Below are positions 60,682-64,000 of a stretch of DNA of 64,000 bases, piece after piece. The first letter of the stretch is position 1, and each line of letters starts with the position of its first letter. Below the pieces are notes generated by a model that was not told the DNA's origin, did not search any database, and was given only the letters and a program-made list of their open reading frames with translations. Origin of the DNA: Scenedesmus sp. PABB004 (lineage: Eukaryota); the NCBI GenBank assembly GCA_014905635.1, contig JABVCE010000017.1:434001-498000 (forward strand), written 5' to 3'. The translations under genes and the position numbers were made by a program.

Positions 60682-61145
60682 CACGACGCGGCGGCACGGG
60701 CGGAGGGAGGGGGATCGGGCGGGGCGGGGCTATGGCGTGCGTTGCGCTCCTCTCCTGATCCCTGCCGAGGGCAGGCCTGGCGCACGCAGCAGCTGAGCCT
60801 TGGGGGCGGGCGGGCGGGCGGGCGGCGCGCGTTGACTACGTTCGGGAGCGGCGGCGGGCAGGGGGCAGAGGGCGGGGGGCGGGCGGGGGGGGGGCGGCGG
60901 ACGGGGGCGCGCGGGCAACAACTGAGCCTCCCGCCGCCGTGCCCGCGGTTTGGCGGCCGCGCCCCGCGTCAGCCGCCGGCAGCCCCGTGTCCCCTCCCCC
61001 TGGCCACCGTCGCTCCCGCCCACCCGCAGTCAAGAGCAGCCGCCGGGCGCGAGCGGCGAGCAGCTGCTGCTCCGCCCCGCGCCGCCGCGCGCCGCCGCGG
61101 CCCCTCCAGCCCTCGCCAGCGCCTCCGGCCTGCGGCCCAGGCAAC

Positions 61146-63960
61146 ATGCGGCCCGAGACGGCAGCGCTGGCGGGCTGGCTGGGCCGCTGCGCGCGCGCGA
61201 GCAGCGTCGGCGCGCTCGCGGCGGAGAGCGCGGCCGCGGAGTCACTGATGGACTTTTTCGCCGGCCTGGTTGAAGACGCGAGGGCCAGGGGCTCGCCCTG
61301 CGCCGACCTGCGCGCGCTGCTGGCCGCGGGCGTGCAGGCGCGGCTGGCGCAGGCCGTGGCCCGCGCGCTGGGGCTGCTGTCGGCGCCGGCGACGCGGGCG
61401 GCGGCGGCGGGCAGCGGGGGCTGTGCCCGCACGATTCAAACTCTGTGCGACATGCTGGATGGAAGCTTTCGCACCCGCAAGGGCCTGGGCGCGCCCGACG
61501 CGGAGCTGGCGGCCGAGCTGGAGCGCGCGGGTGAGCGGCGGCGGCAGGCGGGCGGCGGTCCGCGCCTGCAGCTGCTGCGCCCGTCCCTGACCGGGCCGCC
61601 GCCGCTGCGCACCCGCAGGCATGCTGCCGCCGCTGGCAGCGGCGTGCACCGCTCACGCCGCGACGCTGGAGGCCTCGCAGCAGCGCCAGCGGCAGGCCAG
61701 CGGCGCGCAGTCTTGACCTGGAGTGCCTCACAGCAGCAGCACTGCTGGTGGCGGCACGCACAGCGCACATCACGTGGCCGGCACAGGCCCAGCTGGAGGG
61801 CCCGCTGCTGGCGCTGGCGCAGCACGACGTGCGGCTGGCGCTCGCGGCGCTGCGCCGCGCCGGGGCCTGGCGCGCACAGGCCGGTGGCGGCTTGATACCG
61901 TCGGACTTGGTGGAGGACGTGCTGTCGTTATCCCGCGTCACAGCACAGGGGACGGCTCAGAGCGTGCTGCTGGCGCGGCGGTATCGCCGCGTGAGCGGAA
62001 GGGCGGAGCGGGCGCTGCTGGCGGACCCCGCGGTGCAGCAGCTGCTGGCCAACCTCGCCCTGCACGCGGCGCACCTGCGCAAGGCGCAGCGCAGCCGGCC
62101 GGCTGGCGTTGGCAGCGGCAGCGGCGCCGGCCCTGGCGCGTCCGCCGTGCCGGCGGCGCACGTCGCGCTGCTGCGCGCGCTGGCGCTGGACGCCGCCGCG
62201 GTGCCTCAGGGTGGGGACGATGAGCAGCTGGTGGAGGTGAGCATCCACGCGGTTACGACGCTGTTTCAGGTGTCGCCACCGACCAGCTGCGGAGCCGGCA
62301 TCGCCGGCGGCAGCGGCTCCGGCGGCGGCAGCAGCGTGCCGCAGGCGGGCGGCGCGGAGCTGGCGGCCGCGGCGGCCGAGGTGGCGCTGGAGCTGGTGGC
62401 ACTGCAGCCGACGCCCCGAGCGCTGGCTGCCGGCGCGGTGTGCACCAGCGACGTCCTGCTCTGCCTCCGGCTTGCCCCGTTTGCTGGGGCGCGGGACCAG
62501 GCGGCTGCGGCAGCGGCGGTCGTGCGCGCATTCCTGCCGCTCGCCCGGCCCACCGCCGCCGTGCTGCTGGGGGCAGACGCTGGCAGCAGCACGGGCCGCG
62601 GCCAGGCGGCGGCGGGGCGGGGTGGGGTGCACGTGCACCCGGTCGACGCAGCCACTGCTCAGCTCACCCTGCAGCGCAGTGGCGTGCTCCTGTTGAGCAA
62701 CGGACCGGCGGGTGCGAGGCATGCTGGCGGCGGCTGGCCTTGGCAGCTGGCGCTGCACGCTGGCCCAGCCTGCGCTTGCTCACGCTGCCCCCGCCGCTGC
62801 AAACGCTCCTGCCACCGCCGCGCAGCCGACACGGCGCTGGCGGCGTTCGCACGGCAGGACCCCTCCACCCTGTGCCGGCTGCTGGAGGCGTCCGCCAGGA
62901 GCTTGGCGGGCAGGGAGATGGCGCAGGTCGCTCTGGACACAGCACACGCACTGCGCGGCTCCATTGGGCGGCTCGGGCCCAGCCTAGCAGCTGCACCGGC
63001 GCTGACGGCGACCGGCGGCGGCGCGGGCCTGCTGCTGCAGCGCGAGGTGTTTGCCTGCCTGCTCACGGCCCTCAAGTGCGTGGCGGTCGGCGTGGGGCCG
63101 GCGGCAGCCGCCGCCCCTGACCGCGATGACCAGCTGCGGGGCCTGGCGAGCGGGTGCCTGGCAGCGGTGCGTGCCGGCTGCGCCGTCGGCGACGCGTGGC
63201 GCGCGCGCAGCCGGAAGCTGTGGCAGCTGCTGGCGGCCAGCTCGCGTACGAGCCGCCCGCGCTGTGGGCGGTGCTGGCGGCGCGCAGCTTGACGGTGCTG
63301 GGGCAGGTGCTCAGCGTGGCGCTGGCGGCGCCACAGCTGGCAGCCGGCGCGAACATCGCCGCCAGTGCCGGCACGCCAGGCGAGCTGACGCCGATGGTGA
63401 CTGTGGTCTCCGTGCTGGCAGCCCTGGGCAACGCGGCGGCGCTGCTGGGCGAGCGCCTGCGAGCGCTGGGGCCGCTGCCGGCAGACCCCTCGCGCACGAG
63501 TCTGGAGCGTCTGCTGGCGCAGCAGGAGCTGCTGTGCACGGCGGCGGAGGAGCTGACTGCGCAGCTGGGCGACGACGCCCAGGCCGACGCAACCGCCTGC
63601 GTCAGCACGCTGCAGGAGCGCGGCCCCGCGCTGGCCGCGCAGGCGGAGGAGCTGTGCGCCGCGGTGTGCGCCGCGCTGCCGTTGCGCGCGTGCTGCAACA
63701 ACCCGCGCTGCGTCGCGCTGGCAGGCGCGCACAGCGAGCTGGCGGCGGTGCGCGGCCCGGCGTGCGCGTGCGCGGGCTGCGTCAAGTCGGCCGCGCCCGC
63801 GTTCTTCTGCAGCCGCGCCTGCCAGGCGGCCGCGTGGCGCGCGCACAAGCCGGTGTGCCGCGCGCTGGCCGCGGGCGTGGCGGCGGCGGCGGCGGCGGCG
63901 GCGCGCGAGGCGGAGTGGAGTGAGGCGGGAGGGGAGGGGCGGGGCAGCGAGGAGGGGTGA
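61146..63960 (+). CDS. MYND zinc-finger family protein, copy M7 (frame breaks near 61715 and 63196; possible pseudogene)
   Basis: MRPETAALAGWLGRC start, conserved introns, intact MYND finger; the family spacer resumes at 63961. Confidence 0.6.
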
Positions 63961-64000
63961 GCTCAGTGAGGTGCCTTGGCAGGGCGGGGCGGCCGCAGCT

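Noticed and set aside
1..64000. tRNA, rRNA or snRNA genes
   Set aside because: None recognisable by eye; a covariance-model search would be needed to exclude small RNAs.

Overview
Eukaryotic, extremely GC-rich, intron-dense nuclear DNA, most consistent with a chlorophycean green alga (Raphidocelis/Monoraphidium-like; inferred from composition, TGTAA poly(A) signals and TTTAGGG-like repeats). Most long ORFs in the six-frame track are GC artefacts, so genes were rebuilt by hand from splice sites. Single-copy genes: 3' part of an IRE/MAST-like AGC kinase, a 4-RRM CELF/FCA-like RNA-binding protein, a secreted jacalin-like protein, a PH-domain formin with a Diaphanous-type FH3-like region, a small secreted protein, an SDR oxidoreductase, a secreted Cys/His/Cys carbonic-anhydrase-like protein, adenylate kinase 6 and NOT2. 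Between them lie six full-length copies and two fragments of a 3-exon C-terminal MYND zinc-finger gene that travels with a conserved upstream block and shows mosaic exchange between copies. The most unusual signals are (i) telomere-like repeats seen only in introns, with a consistent G-strand-5'/C-strand-3' polarity, including one beside a duplicated in-frame 48-nt mini-exon, (ii) a very high proportion of GC-AG introns, and (iii) the MYND repeat family. Several single-base frameshifts lie in homopolymers and may be assembly errors. Exon coordinates are hand-derived and approximate.
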